Under the pieces are notes generated by a model. The model made no database searches, was not told where the DNA came from, and was given only the letters and a program-made list of their open reading frames with translations. A program made the position numbers and the translations under genes. A stretch of DNA of 64,000 nt from Alphaproteobacteria bacterium. Lineage in GTDB: Bacteria; Pseudomonadota; Alphaproteobacteria; Rhizobiales; JAKIUO01. The stretch spans positions 15,556-79,555 of the forward strand of contig JAJRPI010000019.1 in the NCBI GenBank assembly GCA_024280895.1, given 5' to 3'. This document shows, piece by piece, positions 1 through 9,310 of this stretch (the stretch's first letter is position 1; each line of letters begins with the position of its first letter).

Positions 1-30
1 AATAGGCATAAAAAATCGGCTGACACGCAT
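1..30 (-). CDS. proS: 5' end of probable prolyl-tRNA synthetase (partial, runs off window start)
   Basis: Reverse complement of 1-30 reads MRVSRFFMPI, resembling the alphaproteobacterial ProRS N-terminus (MRLSRYF(L/M)P); only 10 codons are visible. Confidence 0.55.
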   Translation of the reverse strand, partial: MRVSRFFMPI

Positions 31-230
31 GCTTAGGGCTTCCTGATTGTACTTGTTCGGGAGATATGATCCTTGTGACGCAACCAGCGGCCATTTGCAC
101 AGGTCCACGTTCCCTTGTTGAAAACTCCTCTTAGCACGCTTTATCAATGGACCAAAGCTCTTGATGCGCATTGATTGCTCCAATTTATAACTTTTTGCAG
201 TTGCGGCAAAGCTACCAATAGATTTAGTAT

Positions 231-244
231 TTGATCTATGTCAT
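231..244 (+). promoter_or_regulatory. FNR/FixK-type anaerobox upstream of ccoN
   Basis: TTGAT-CTAT-GTCAT versus TTGA-N6-TCAA consensus; expected position for a cco operon. Confidence 0.65.
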
Positions 245-359
245 GGTTTTACTGACGCGCGAGCTTTATTGGTTTGAGCATCGAAATACAGTGTCGTTCT
301 GCGGAAAAAATTGCGCAGAAGATATTATCCGTGTGGGGATAAACTTGGAGGAGAGAATA

Positions 360-1976
360 ATGAACCGAGGCGGCATTACCACCACTGGTGGCATCTTTAC
401 CGCGTTGGTGCTGATTACTGGGATATTGCTAACCGGCTATGCGGGCATGAATGCCATCGACGCTGTGTTCGGTTTTCATATGTATCTCATGGCAGCAGCA
501 GCAATACTCGGCCTGTTGGCCCTTTTGATGGGCAGGCCATACAGAGACGATCCTGGAAAATATAATTACGGGGTTGTAAAAGCCTTTGTGATCGCAACGC
601 TTTTCTGGGGAGTCGCTGGCTTTTCCGTTGGCGACTATATCGCCTGGGAGCTGGCCTTTCCATTCCTCAACTGGGATTTACCCTGGACAAACTTTGGACG
701 TCTGCGCCCCTTGCATACTTCAGCCGTGATTTTTGCCTTTGGTGGCAATATTCTTTTGGGTTCCTCCTTCTATGTGGTGCAACGCACCAACCATACACGA
801 CTGGCTGGCAATGTGGCTCCCTGGTTCGTATTCTGGGGCTACAATTTATTCATCTTGCTGGCTGGTACCGGCTATTTATTGGGCGTGACCCAAAGCCGCG
901 AATATGCCGAACCAGAATGGTATGTAGATATCTGGCTAACCCTTGTGTGGGTTACTTATCTGCTGGTGTTCATGGGCACCTTGATGAAACGCCGCGTTTC
1001 TCACATCTATGTGGCTAACTGGTTTTATCTGGCATTTATTATCACCATTGCAGTACTGCATCTGGTCAATAATATGGCCGTTCCTGTCTCCTTCCTGGGA
1101 TCCAAATCCTACTCACTACAGGCTGGCGTCCAGGATGCCATGACACAGTGGTGGTATGGCCATAATGCCGTTGGCTTCTTCTTGACCGCTGCATTCCTTG
1201 CGATGATGTATTACTTCGTACCAAAGCGCGCCGAACGCCCGGTCTATTCCTACCGCCTGTCGATCATCCATTTCTGGTCTTTGATCTTCTTGTACATGTG
1301 GGCTGGACCTCATCATCTGCACTACACGGCTCTACCCGATTGGACACAGTCTCTTGGCATGACCTTCTCGATCATCCTCTGGATGCCTTCGTGGGGTGGC
1401 ATGATCAACGGGCTGATGACCCTGTCAGGTGCTTGGGACAAGCTGCGCACTGACCCTGTTTTGCGCATGCTGGTTGTCTCTATCGCCTTTTACGGCATGA
1501 GTACCTTTGAGGGTCCCATGATGGCCATTAAAGCCGTCAACGCCCTGTCCCATTATACGGACTGGACCGTTGGTCATGTGCATTCAGGTGCCATGGGCTG
1601 GGTTGGCATGGTGAGCTTTGGCGTCATTTATTGCCTTGTACCCTGGTTGTGGGGCAAGGAACGTCTTTACTCCATGGCTCTTGTCAGCTGGCATTTCTGG
1701 CTCTCAACCGTAGGTATTTTGCTCTACATCACATCAATGTGGGTATCGGGCATCCTTCAGGGGCTGATGTGGCGTGCTTATGACAGCCTTGGTTTCCTCG
1801 AATACAGTTTCGTTGAAACCGTGGAAGCCATGCATCCTTTCTATGTGATCCGGGCAATAGGCGGACTATTCTTCGTCATCGGCTCGCTGATTATGGTATT
1901 CAATGTGATCATGACGATTCGGGTTGCTCCTCGTGAAGAGAGCTATTCCAACGCCGTTCTGGCACCAGCTGAGTAA
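360..1976 (+). CDS. ccoN: cbb3-type cytochrome c oxidase subunit I
   Basis: [21 protein letters not shown] and GHVH heme/Cu ligand motifs; ATG at 360 follows GGAGGAG RBS (track start 231 is too long). Confidence 0.97.
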   Translation: MNRGGITTTGGIFTALVLITGILLTGYAGMNAIDAVFGFHMYLMAAAAILGLLALLMGRPYRDDPGKYNYGVVKAFVIATLFWGVAGFSVGDYIAWELAFPFLNWDLPWTNFGRLRPLHTSAVIFAFGGNILLGSSFYVVQRTNHTRLAGNVAPWFVFWGYNLFILLAGTGYLLGVTQSREYAEPEWYVDIWLTLVWVTYLLVFMGTLMKRRVSHIYVANWFYLAFIITIAVLHLVNNMAVPVSFLGSKSYSLQAGVQDAMTQWWYGHNAVGFFLTAAFLAMMYYFVPKRAERPVYSYRLSIIHFWSLIFLYMWAGPHHLHYTALPDWTQSLGMTFSIILWMPSWGGMINGLMTLSGAWDKLRTDPVLRMLVVSIAFYGMSTFEGPMMAIKAVNALSHYTDWTVGHVHSGAMGWVGMVSFGVIYCLVPWLWGKERLYSMALVSWHFWLSTVGILLYITSMWVSGILQGLMWRAYDSLGFLEYSFVETVEAMHPFYVIRAIGGLFFVIGSLIMVFNVIMTIRVAPREESYSNAVLAPAE

Positions 1977-1990
1977 AGGAAAACATTACT

Positions 1991-2734
1991 ATGGCTAGCC
2001 ATGAAATATTCGAAAAGAACTCGATCGTCCTCGCAATTGCAATCGTACTGGTTGTCTCGATTGCGGGGCTGGTGGAAATTGTTCCTTTGTACTTTATCGG
2101 TAGTACCATCGAGAAGGTTGACGGGATGCGTCCCTACACCCCTCTCGAACTGGCGGGACGCGATGTCTATGTGCGCGAAGGATGTTATCTTTGCCATTCA
2201 CAGATGATCCGTCCGTTCCGTGATGAGGTGGAACGCTATGGTCATTATTCTCTGGCTGCAGAGAGTATGTATGACCACCCCTTCCAGTGGGGATCGAAAC
2301 GAACGGGCCCTGATTTGGCGCGCGTCGGCAAAAAATATTCTGACAAGTGGCATCGCGACCATATGAACGACCCACGCTCCATTGTGCCAGAATCCGTCAT
2401 GCCGGGATATGAGTTCCTTGGCAAAACCCCGGTCATTGCTGACAGATATTCCAACCATCTGTGGGCATTGAGCGTGACGGGAGTTCCTTATTCACAGGAT
2501 ATGATTTCCAATGCAGGAGCAGACCTGAAAGCTCAGGCTGGTGATCCAGACAGTGACGCCGCCGAAGCGCTACAAGCTCGCTACAAATCATTTGGTAGCA
2601 AGCCCCTCAATGTCCGTGACTTTGATGGCGATCCAAAAACGGTGACCGAACTCGACGCTTTGATTGCATATTTGCAGATGCTCGGCACACTTGTAGATTT
2701 CAAAACCTACAATGCCAAAGCCAACCTACGCTAA
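1991..2734 (+). CDS. ccoO: cbb3 oxidase subunit II (monoheme)
   Basis: [24 protein letters not shown]. Confidence 0.97.
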   Translation: MASHEIFEKNSIVLAIAIVLVVSIAGLVEIVPLYFIGSTIEKVDGMRPYTPLELAGRDVYVREGCYLCHSQMIRPFRDEVERYGHYSLAAESMYDHPFQWGSKRTGPDLARVGKKYSDKWHRDHMNDPRSIVPESVMPGYEFLGKTPVIADRYSNHLWALSVTGVPYSQDMISNAGADLKAQAGDPDSDAAEALQARYKSFGSKPLNVRDFDGDPKTVTELDALIAYLQMLGTLVDFKTYNAKANLR

Positions 2735-2747
2735 CAGGTGATTGATT

Positions 2748-2897
2748 ATGAGTTACGAAGATGTTGCAAGCTTAAGCGGAACCATCGGTCTGATATTATT
2801 CATGTCGATGTTTTTCGTGGTATTGGCTTACGCCCTTTGGCCTCGCAACAAAGCCAAGTTTGACAAGGCTGCCCGCGCGCCGCTTGATGAGGAATAA
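2748..2897 (+). CDS. ccoQ: cbb3 oxidase subunit CcoQ (49 aa, absent from ORF track)
   Basis: MSYEDVASLSGTIGLILFMSMFFVVLAYALWPRNKAKFDKAARAPLDEE: single TM plus AA.xPL.D tail, between ccoO and ccoP. Confidence 0.93.
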   Translation: MSYEDVASLSGTIGLILFMSMFFVVLAYALWPRNKAKFDKAARAPLDEE

Positions 2898-2900
2898 ATT

Positions 2901-3788
2901 ATGGAACATAAGGAAATAGATCATATCACCGGCACGGAGACCACGGGTCATGCCTGGGATGGAGATCTCAAAGAACTTAACACGCCGCTTCCTGTCTGGT
3001 GGCTATGGGTACTTTGGTTATCAATTGTTTGGGCAATAGCCTATTCGTTCGTCTATCAGCACTGGTTTATGGGAACAAAGGTCCTCCCGACCTATTCCAA
3101 CTGGACCAGCCGTGGTGATGTTCACAAAGCCCTCGATGCAGCACAAGTCGCGATGGGTCCGCAATTTGCCAAACTGGAAAAAGCCTCTCTTGCCGACCTG
3201 CGCAGTGACGCGGCTCTTTCCAAATTCGCCGAGAAAGCAGGTAAAGCTGTCTATGGCGACAATTGCGTTGCCTGTCACGGTACTGGCGCTAACGGTGTCT
3301 TTCCAGGCTCTGGCTATCCTAATCTCACTGACACGGATTGGCTCTATGGTGGCAAACTGGAAGATATCGTGGAAACGGTACGCGTTGGCATCCGCTCTGG
3401 GCATGATGACGAGCGCACCAACACCATGGCCGCCTATGGCGATGACGAAACGCTTAATGCCGAACAGATCAAAAATGTAGCCGGCTATGTTCTCTCCTTG
3501 TCTGGTCAATCCCTGGCAGGTACAGATTTGGCCAAAGGCAAACAAATCTATCTGGAAGAAGCGGCGTGCAATGCCTGTCATGGAGACGATGGTAAAGGGG
3601 TCGCTGAAATTCCAGGCGCTCCAAATCTGGCGGACAAAATTTGGCTATTTGGCGGTGGTGCAGAAAAAATCATTACCACCATCACCCATGGTCGCGCGGG
3701 CGAGATGCCTTCTTGGGATGCTCGATTGACCCCCGCCCAAATCAAGGCCGTTGCCGTCTATGTGCATAGTCGAGGTGGTGGTCAATAA
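2901..3788 (+). CDS. ccoP: cbb3 oxidase subunit III (diheme)
   Basis: TTGHAWDG..ELNTPLP.WW; CVACH and CNACH heme motifs. Confidence 0.97.
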   Translation: MEHKEIDHITGTETTGHAWDGDLKELNTPLPVWWLWVLWLSIVWAIAYSFVYQHWFMGTKVLPTYSNWTSRGDVHKALDAAQVAMGPQFAKLEKASLADLRSDAALSKFAEKAGKAVYGDNCVACHGTGANGVFPGSGYPNLTDTDWLYGGKLEDIVETVRVGIRSGHDDERTNTMAAYGDDETLNAEQIKNVAGYVLSLSGQSLAGTDLAKGKQIYLEEAACNACHGDDGKGVAEIPGAPNLADKIWLFGGGAEKIITTITHGRAGEMPSWDARLTPAQIKAVAVYVHSRGGGQ

Positions 3789-3817
3789 GACGCAGATACC
3801 CCGATTGCAAGATCCTA

Positions 3818-3860
3818 TCTATACGCGATATATAATGATATGTCGCGTATAGAACTTTTT
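3818..3860 (+). terminator. Long hairpin plus short U-tract between ccoP and ccoG (leaky terminator or stability hairpin)
   Basis: TCTATACGCGATATA...TATGTCGCGTATAGA inverted repeat followed by ACTTTTT. Confidence 0.5.
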
Positions 3861-3876
3861 AGGGAAGGGTCACAAT

Positions 3877-5391
3877 ATGAGCGATACCACTGCTTCGCAA
3901 ACAGATTCCAAGAGTCTGTTTGCTGAACATGAGAAAATTCATCCGCTGAAAGTATCGGGCCTGTTCCGAAAAATAAAGTGGTTCTTTTTGATCAATATGC
4001 TTGCCGCATATTATATTGCTCCTTTCCTGCGCTGGGATCGCGGTGCTGATGCACCCAATCAGATGATCCTGTTCGACATTCCCAATCGCCGCTTTTACTT
4101 CGGTCCGGTCGAGATCTGGCCGCAAGAAGTCTATTATTTTACCGGCATTTTAATGGTCGCATCCCTTTTGTTATTTTTAACAACGGCGGTTGCAGGGCGC
4201 GTATGGTGCGGCTGGTGGTGTCCGCAAACCATCTGGACCGATATGTTCGTCGCCGTTGAACGCTGGATTGAAGGCGACCGCCGCGAACGCATTGCTCTTG
4301 ATAAAGCACCTATGTCACTCGGTAAATTCACAAAAAGATTTATCAAACATTCCGCCTGGATGGTCATTGCTTGGTGGACAGGCGGCGTGCTTGTCCTCTA
4401 TTTCGCGGACGCATATGAACTTGTCAGTGGCCTTACAAATGATGTTGCCATTTTCTTCACACATATTTTGACACTGCAAGTGCCTGGCGCTCCGGAACAT
4501 CTAGGTGCCTGGATCTGGATCAGTATCTTTGCTGGCATCACCTATCTCATGGCTGGGATCGCTCGCGAACAGGTGTGCATTTACATGTGCCCCTGGCCTC
4601 GTATTCAAGCAGCATTAACCGATCCAGAAGCGCTCAACGTCACCTATCGCTATGATCGCGGCGAACCGCGAAATTCGGTCAAAAAATCTGTAAAACTTGC
4701 AGCAGCAGGGCAAGCTACAGGCGACTGTATCGAATGTAACCAGTGTGTCTGGGTGTGTCCAACGGGTACAGATATTCGTCTTGGGATGCAGCTATCATGT
4801 ATTAATTGTGGGCTATGTATCGATGCCTGCGACAATATCATGACCAAGGTCGGACGCCCCAAGGGCCTAATTGCTTTTGATACAGATCTTAATATCGAAC
4901 GGCGCATGAAAGGCGAGGAAAACAGTTTTAAGCCAGTACGCCCTCGTACCTTAGTTTACTTTTTTGCCATGCTCGCCTCAATCGTCATTATGGGCTGGTC
5001 TCTGGCCAACCGTACTGTTACCGGCATCAATGTCCTGCATGATCGCAATCCACTTTATGTGGAAGAAGGAGATGGCTCGGTCCGCAACGGCTTTACCATC
5101 CGCATGCTCAATATGGAACGCAAAATACGGCGCTTCACGCTAAATGTTTCTGGCGTACAAGGCGCTTTCATCTCCAAGGTTTCTGAAGGAGTGTTTGTCT
5201 TTAAGAAAACTGATAGTGGCTCCTTTATTATCGATATCGGCCCGGATACGACACGCGAACTTCGTGTTCAAGTCATCTTGCCCGCTAGCAACGCAATTCC
5301 AAAGTCAGAACCTTTGCTGTTTACAGCCAAAGACCTTGAAACAGGAGAGCGGCTCTCAAGAAGTGATTTTTTCAAAGGACCAGGAAAATAG
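3877..5391 (+). CDS. ccoG: Cytochrome c oxidase accessory protein CcoG (FixG/RdxA family)
   Basis: GRVWCGWWCPQT, REQVCIYMCPW and two 4Fe-4S CxxCxxCxxxC motifs. Confidence 0.95.
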   Translation: MSDTTASQTDSKSLFAEHEKIHPLKVSGLFRKIKWFFLINMLAAYYIAPFLRWDRGADAPNQMILFDIPNRRFYFGPVEIWPQEVYYFTGILMVASLLLFLTTAVAGRVWCGWWCPQTIWTDMFVAVERWIEGDRRERIALDKAPMSLGKFTKRFIKHSAWMVIAWWTGGVLVLYFADAYELVSGLTNDVAIFFTHILTLQVPGAPEHLGAWIWISIFAGITYLMAGIAREQVCIYMCPWPRIQAALTDPEALNVTYRYDRGEPRNSVKKSVKLAAAGQATGDCIECNQCVWVCPTGTDIRLGMQLSCINCGLCIDACDNIMTKVGRPKGLIAFDTDLNIERRMKGEENSFKPVRPRTLVYFFAMLASIVIMGWSLANRTVTGINVLHDRNPLYVEEGDGSVRNGFTIRMLNMERKIRRFTLNVSGVQGAFISKVSEGVFVFKKTDSGSFIIDIGPDTTRELRVQVILPASNAIPKSEPLLFTAKDLETGERLSRSDFFKGPGK

Positions 5392-5539
5392 GCTGATATT
5401 GCGCAAACTGGTGGCGATCTTGATCTTGACTATGAGGGGGAGATAATCTCTTCCCCTCCAGAACGAAATCAGAAAGATACCTCCCGCATTAGCAAGCTGT
5501 TTCAACCCAATGCCCATAATGTACAAGTAGGAACCAACA

Positions 5540-6022
5540 ATGATCAAAGAGCTCACCGGCAAACATGTTCTCTTCCTCTTCGTGGCGTTCTTCGGGATAA
5601 TATTCGTTGTCAACGCCCGCCTGATCTATCTCTCACAATCGAGCTGGACCGGTCTCGAAACCCATGATGCCTATCGCAAGGGTCTCAAATATAACCAACA
5701 ATTATCCAGCTCAGAAGCCCAAAATACCCGCGGCTGGACAATGACATTGGTCAAGGAAACAGGAGCCAATGGCGAACTGTTGCTCACAGCAACTCCCAAA
5801 GACAAAGCGGGAGAACATCTGAGTGGTTTGGCCATGTCGGTGGAATTGAAACGCCCGACCCACGAAGGGATCGATAAGACATTCCCTCTCAAGGAAACTG
5901 GTCTGGGCGTTTACGCGGGACAGATAGATAAAATATCCCTTGGCAAATGGTATCTGTTTATCACGGCTGTCAAAGGCAGCGAGATTATCTATCGATCAAA
6001 AAATGAACTCTATCTGAAATGA
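5540..6022 (+). CDS. ccoH: FixH/CcoH assembly protein
   Basis: LTGKHVL..FVAFFG.IF.VN; RPT..G.D; G.W motifs; operon position. Confidence 0.9.
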   Translation: MIKELTGKHVLFLFVAFFGIIFVVNARLIYLSQSSWTGLETHDAYRKGLKYNQQLSSSEAQNTRGWTMTLVKETGANGELLLTATPKDKAGEHLSGLAMSVELKRPTHEGIDKTFPLKETGLGVYAGQIDKISLGKWYLFITAVKGSEIIYRSKNELYLK

Positions 6023-8232
6023 TTCCCTCGACGCAAAAACGCAATATTGCCGCGCAAAGACCGTCTACTGAAAAACAGCAATCGAGCAAACGCCGTCTTG
6101 ACCTTGCTGTTGATGGCATCACCTGTCCCGCCTGCATGACGACCATTGAACAAGGCATAGGCAATATGCCGGGCATTGGCGAGGTTGTGCTTAATTACAC
6201 AACGCATCGGCTGACCATCGAAGGACATGAAGGCGTTCCTAATCTCGAAGCCGTCATCGGCAAGCTTGATCAACTGGGCTATAAGGGGCGCCCCTACGAA
6301 TTAAGCACAGCTGGCCTGGCGCAGGTACGGGCCGAAAAACATCTTTTACGCGCTATGGCCGTTGCTGGATTTGCCTCTGCCAATATCATGATGATGTCGG
6401 TTGCGGTCTGGTCGGGCAACAGCTCTGGCATCGAAAGCTCCACACGTGATCTGTTCCATTGGATATCGGCCATGATTGCGCTGCCTGCCGTCACCTATGC
6501 GGGGCAACCATTTTTTCTCAGCGCTTTTGCGGCCCTCAAAGGGCGTCATCTCAACATGGATGTACCCATCTCGCTGGCGGTCATCCTGGCGCTTGCCATG
6601 TCTCTCGCCCAGACCATTTCCCACCAGCCCGATACCTATTTTGATTCTGCGGTCATGTTGTTGTTCTTTTTGTTGATCGGCCGTTATCTTGATTTACGCG
6701 CCCGCAACCGTACAAGAGACCTTGGACAAAATCTTATGGCGTTGCAAAAGCCAACGGTCACGAGAATAGCCAATGACAACACAATGCAAGAATGTCCCGT
6801 ATCCCTCATTCAACCTGGCGATCGCATCCTTGTACCTATGGGGGCGCGCATCGGCATTGATGGGGTCATTTCACAAGGATCGAGCGAACTTGATACCAGC
6901 TTGATCACTGGGGAAAGCACACCAAGCACAAAAATCGTTGGTGACAAGGTCTATGCGGGCACCCTTAATCTTGGCGCTCCCTTGCAAGTGATCGCGGATG
7001 CTGCGGGAGACAATACCCTGCTGGCGGAAATCAGCGCGCTCATGGACAAGGCCATGCAAAAACGCGGGAAATATGTGCGCCTAGCCGACAAGGCTGCGTC
7101 TCTTTATGCCCCCGTTGTACATCTTGTGGCTCTGCTTACGCTGATCGGCTGGCTGCTCTTGTCAAATGGTTGGCAACCCTCCCTGCTGGCCGCTATTGCC
7201 GTTTTGATCATTACTTGTCCTTGCGCGCTGGGCCTTGCGGTGCCGGTGGTTCAGGTAGTGGCGACAGGAGCTTTGTTTCGTCGCGGTATCCTAGTTAATG
7301 CGGGAGATGCGCTTGAGCGTCTTGCGCTAATCGATACCATTGTCTTTGACAAAACCGGCACCCTAACTGAACCAGATCCGGCCATTCTCAACTTAAAAGA
7401 GATTAGCAGTAATGATCTGCATGATGCCGCACGGCTTGCCCGCTCCAGTCATCATATTCTGGCCCGAGCCATCGCTCCTCATGCCAAACGCTCCGCGCTT
7501 ATTCCTGACGTCAAGGAAATTGCTGGTAGCGGCGTCATGGGCCAGCTTGGCGGCCAACAATTGAGACTTGGATCGCAAGCGTTCTGCATGAATGACACCA
7601 GTGAGCAACAGCCCTCCCCCAACCCCAAAGAACAGCGATCCGAGCTATGGTTTCGCCGTAACAACGAGCCACCAATACGATTCCAATTTCATCAAGACCT
7701 CAAAGAAGACGCCGTTGAGACCATTCGTTCTTTACGCTCACTTGGCTTCAAGCTTGAGATCTTATCGGGAGATAATTCTGGTGCCGTTGCCAAAGCCGCG
7801 CAAACCCTTGGCATCGAGACTTTCAGATCGCAGGTCAAACCAAAAGACAAAATTGCTCATATAGAAAGCCTGCGTGCAGCTGGTGCCCATGTCATGATGA
7901 TCGGCGATGGGCTCAATGATGCCGCTGCCCTGCAGGCCGCCAGTGTATCGGTTGCCCCAGCCAGCGCACTTGATATTACCCAAGGGGCGGCCGATATTGT
8001 CATCGTCGGCAATCAGCTAGGACCATTGCTCGCACTCATCACGATTGCCCGCAAGGCCCGCAAACTGATCGTGCAAAATTTCTACTTCGCCGCGCTCTAC
8101 AATATTGTTGCCATTCCACTGGCCGTACTGGGCTATGTGACCCCTTTGCTTGCCGCCTTGTTCATGTCTGGTTCGTCCATCGTCGTTACGCTCAATGCGC
8201 TTCGCGCTCAACTGATACGAAAGGAACAATAA
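6019..8232 (+). CDS. ccoI: Cu-transporting P1B-ATPase CcoI/FixI
   Basis: N-terminal CPAC, TGES, CPC, DKTGT, GDGLND, YN..P..M motifs. Confidence 0.95.
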   Translation: MIPSTQKRNIAAQRPSTEKQQSSKRRLDLAVDGITCPACMTTIEQGIGNMPGIGEVVLNYTTHRLTIEGHEGVPNLEAVIGKLDQLGYKGRPYELSTAGLAQVRAEKHLLRAMAVAGFASANIMMMSVAVWSGNSSGIESSTRDLFHWISAMIALPAVTYAGQPFFLSAFAALKGRHLNMDVPISLAVILALAMSLAQTISHQPDTYFDSAVMLLFFLLIGRYLDLRARNRTRDLGQNLMALQKPTVTRIANDNTMQECPVSLIQPGDRILVPMGARIGIDGVISQGSSELDTSLITGESTPSTKIVGDKVYAGTLNLGAPLQVIADAAGDNTLLAEISALMDKAMQKRGKYVRLADKAASLYAPVVHLVALLTLIGWLLLSNGWQPSLLAAIAVLIITCPCALGLAVPVVQVVATGALFRRGILVNAGDALERLALIDTIVFDKTGTLTEPDPAILNLKEISSNDLHDAARLARSSHHILARAIAPHAKRSALIPDVKEIAGSGVMGQLGGQQLRLGSQAFCMNDTSEQQPSPNPKEQRSELWFRRNNEPPIRFQFHQDLKEDAVETIRSLRSLGFKLEILSGDNSGAVAKAAQTLGIETFRSQVKPKDKIAHIESLRAAGAHVMMIGDGLNDAAALQAASVSVAPASALDITQGAADIVIVGNQLGPLLALITIARKARKLIVQNFYFAALYNIVAIPLAVLGYVTPLLAALFMSGSSIVVTLNALRAQLIRKEQ

Positions 8233-8456
8233 TGGATTTCGTATATGTGCTTCTACCACTAGCACTTCTACTTGGATTTATTGGTCTTATGGCCTTTATG
8301 TGGACGTTGAAGTCGGGACAATATGACGATCTTGATGGCGCAGCCTGGCGCGCCATTATGGACGATGATCAAGAGCTCAACCCCAACTTCAAACAGCCGC
8401 CCAAAGACGAAAATAATCCACAGGCTCCTGTTGATAAACGCGATACTCAGGCTTGA
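8232..8456 (+). CDS. ccoS: cbb3 maturation protein CcoS/FixS
   Basis: TM segment then W..KSGQYDDLDG.A.R. Confidence 0.93.
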   Translation: MDFVYVLLPLALLLGFIGLMAFMWTLKSGQYDDLDGAAWRAIMDDDQELNPNFKQPPKDENNPQAPVDKRDTQA

Positions 8457-8578
8457 TCCCTGCCCGGCTATCAATTGCCTCTGGCGAAATTCTTATTTTC
8501 GTCTAATATAGGATCTATTGATAAGGCTCTACTCACCCTGTGTGAGGTGTTTCGATCGAGTAAGTCGTAGACATAATC

Positions 8579-8592
8579 TTGATCCTTAGCAA
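8579..8592 (+). promoter_or_regulatory. FixK/FNR-like box upstream of GUA-rich candidate RNA
   Basis: TTGAT-CCTT-AGCAA, fits TTG(A/C)-N6-(T/G)CAA. Confidence 0.4.
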
Positions 8593-8640
8593 TTATTTGG
8601 CTTTTAAGTGATTTCCGCAATTTCACTGACATCGCCGAAT

Positions 8641-8993
8641 ATTTCATGGAAGTGCACGCCATGAAAACCCAGTACCGCGTATCAGTATCAAATTGTTGTG
8701 TAAAATTGTAAGTCGCGTAAGTAATTGTAAGGGCTGTTTTGTGCGTACATTATTACGAACAGCCTGAGTAAACAGAGTGGTATTTGTACCCATCAGTACG
8801 TAACGTAAAACTGTTGTACTTATGTAGTCCGCGTATTTTAAGTGTAGTAGGTTGTGTTTGAAACGGTCTTTTAAGACTTGTTCAAGAGTTCGTATTGAAT
8901 TGTTCATGTAGTGGCATATAAAATATAATACCCACCCGCGCATGATATCTAATAAAAAGGACAGGGAACCGCGAACCCCTGTCCTTTTTTATT
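8641..8993 (+). ncRNA. Candidate GUA-repeat noncoding RNA (~350 nt)
   Basis: 5' hairpin TTTCATGG/CCATGAAA (8642-8666); 22 GTA triplets in 8672-8910; internal hairpins; intrinsic terminator at the 3' end; no credible ORF. Confidence 0.5.
8951..8993 (+). terminator. Intrinsic terminator (bidirectional-looking)
   Basis: AATAAAAAGGACAGGG-loop-CCCTGTCCTTTTTTATT. Confidence 0.8.
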
Positions 8994-9084
8994 TGCTCCA
9001 TTTTTCTTTTCTACAAATCCAGACATGTAATGTTTAATACTGCAAAACTCTGCACGCTCTTATTTCTTTGATGATCTGGAAAAG

Positions 9085-9117
9085 TAAAAAAAACCCCGCC
9101 ATAAAAGGCGGGGTTGT
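9085..9117 (-). terminator. Intrinsic terminator of minus-strand small transcript
   Basis: Minus strand AACCCCGCC-TTTTAT-GGCGGGGTTTTTTTT, with no annotated minus-strand gene upstream. Confidence 0.75.
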
Positions 9118-9158
9118 AAGTTGTGGTGCAAATGAATGCACCGGCTTGCGAGAGGAAG

Positions 9159-9245
9159 CTAGTCAAACAGAAAATTCTGCAGGATCGTCTGCCAGTAGAA
9201 CCACATAAACCGCAAAGGGTTGATGATGATTGAGGCAGTATCCAT
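9159..9245 (-). CDS. Possible 28-aa small hydrophobic/aromatic peptide
   Basis: MDTASIIINPLRFMWFYWQTILQNFLFD*, lying inside the predicted transcript; no clear Shine-Dalgarno. Confidence 0.3.
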   Translation of the reverse strand: MDTASIIINPLRFMWFYWQTILQNFLFD

Positions 9246-9296
9246 TGGGAAACCAGCAACCAGGACCAATATAATCAGAAGATCAAGTGATCCGAA

Positions 9297-9310
9297 ATGA
9301 CTTATATCAA
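9297..9310 (-). promoter_or_regulatory. FNR/FixK-type box
   Basis: Minus strand TTGAT-ATAA-GTCAT, the same half-sites as the ccoN box; TATATT at 9268-9273 gives -41.5 geometry. Confidence 0.55.

Larger units (their letters stand above)
9085..9262 (-). ncRNA. Candidate FNR-regulated sRNA / small-ORF transcript
   Basis: FNR-like box and TATATT -10 at class II spacing; several hairpins including one with a CU-rich loop; strong terminator. Confidence 0.5.

Noticed and set aside
3818-3853. ModE box between ccoP and ccoG
   Set aside because: Context unrelated to Mo/W; the long stem plus U-tract is better explained as an RNA hairpin
8644-8943. 99-aa minus-strand ORF over the GTA-rich tract
   Set aside because: No RBS, AT-rich atypical codon usage and no recognisable motif; it starts right beside a terminator hairpin
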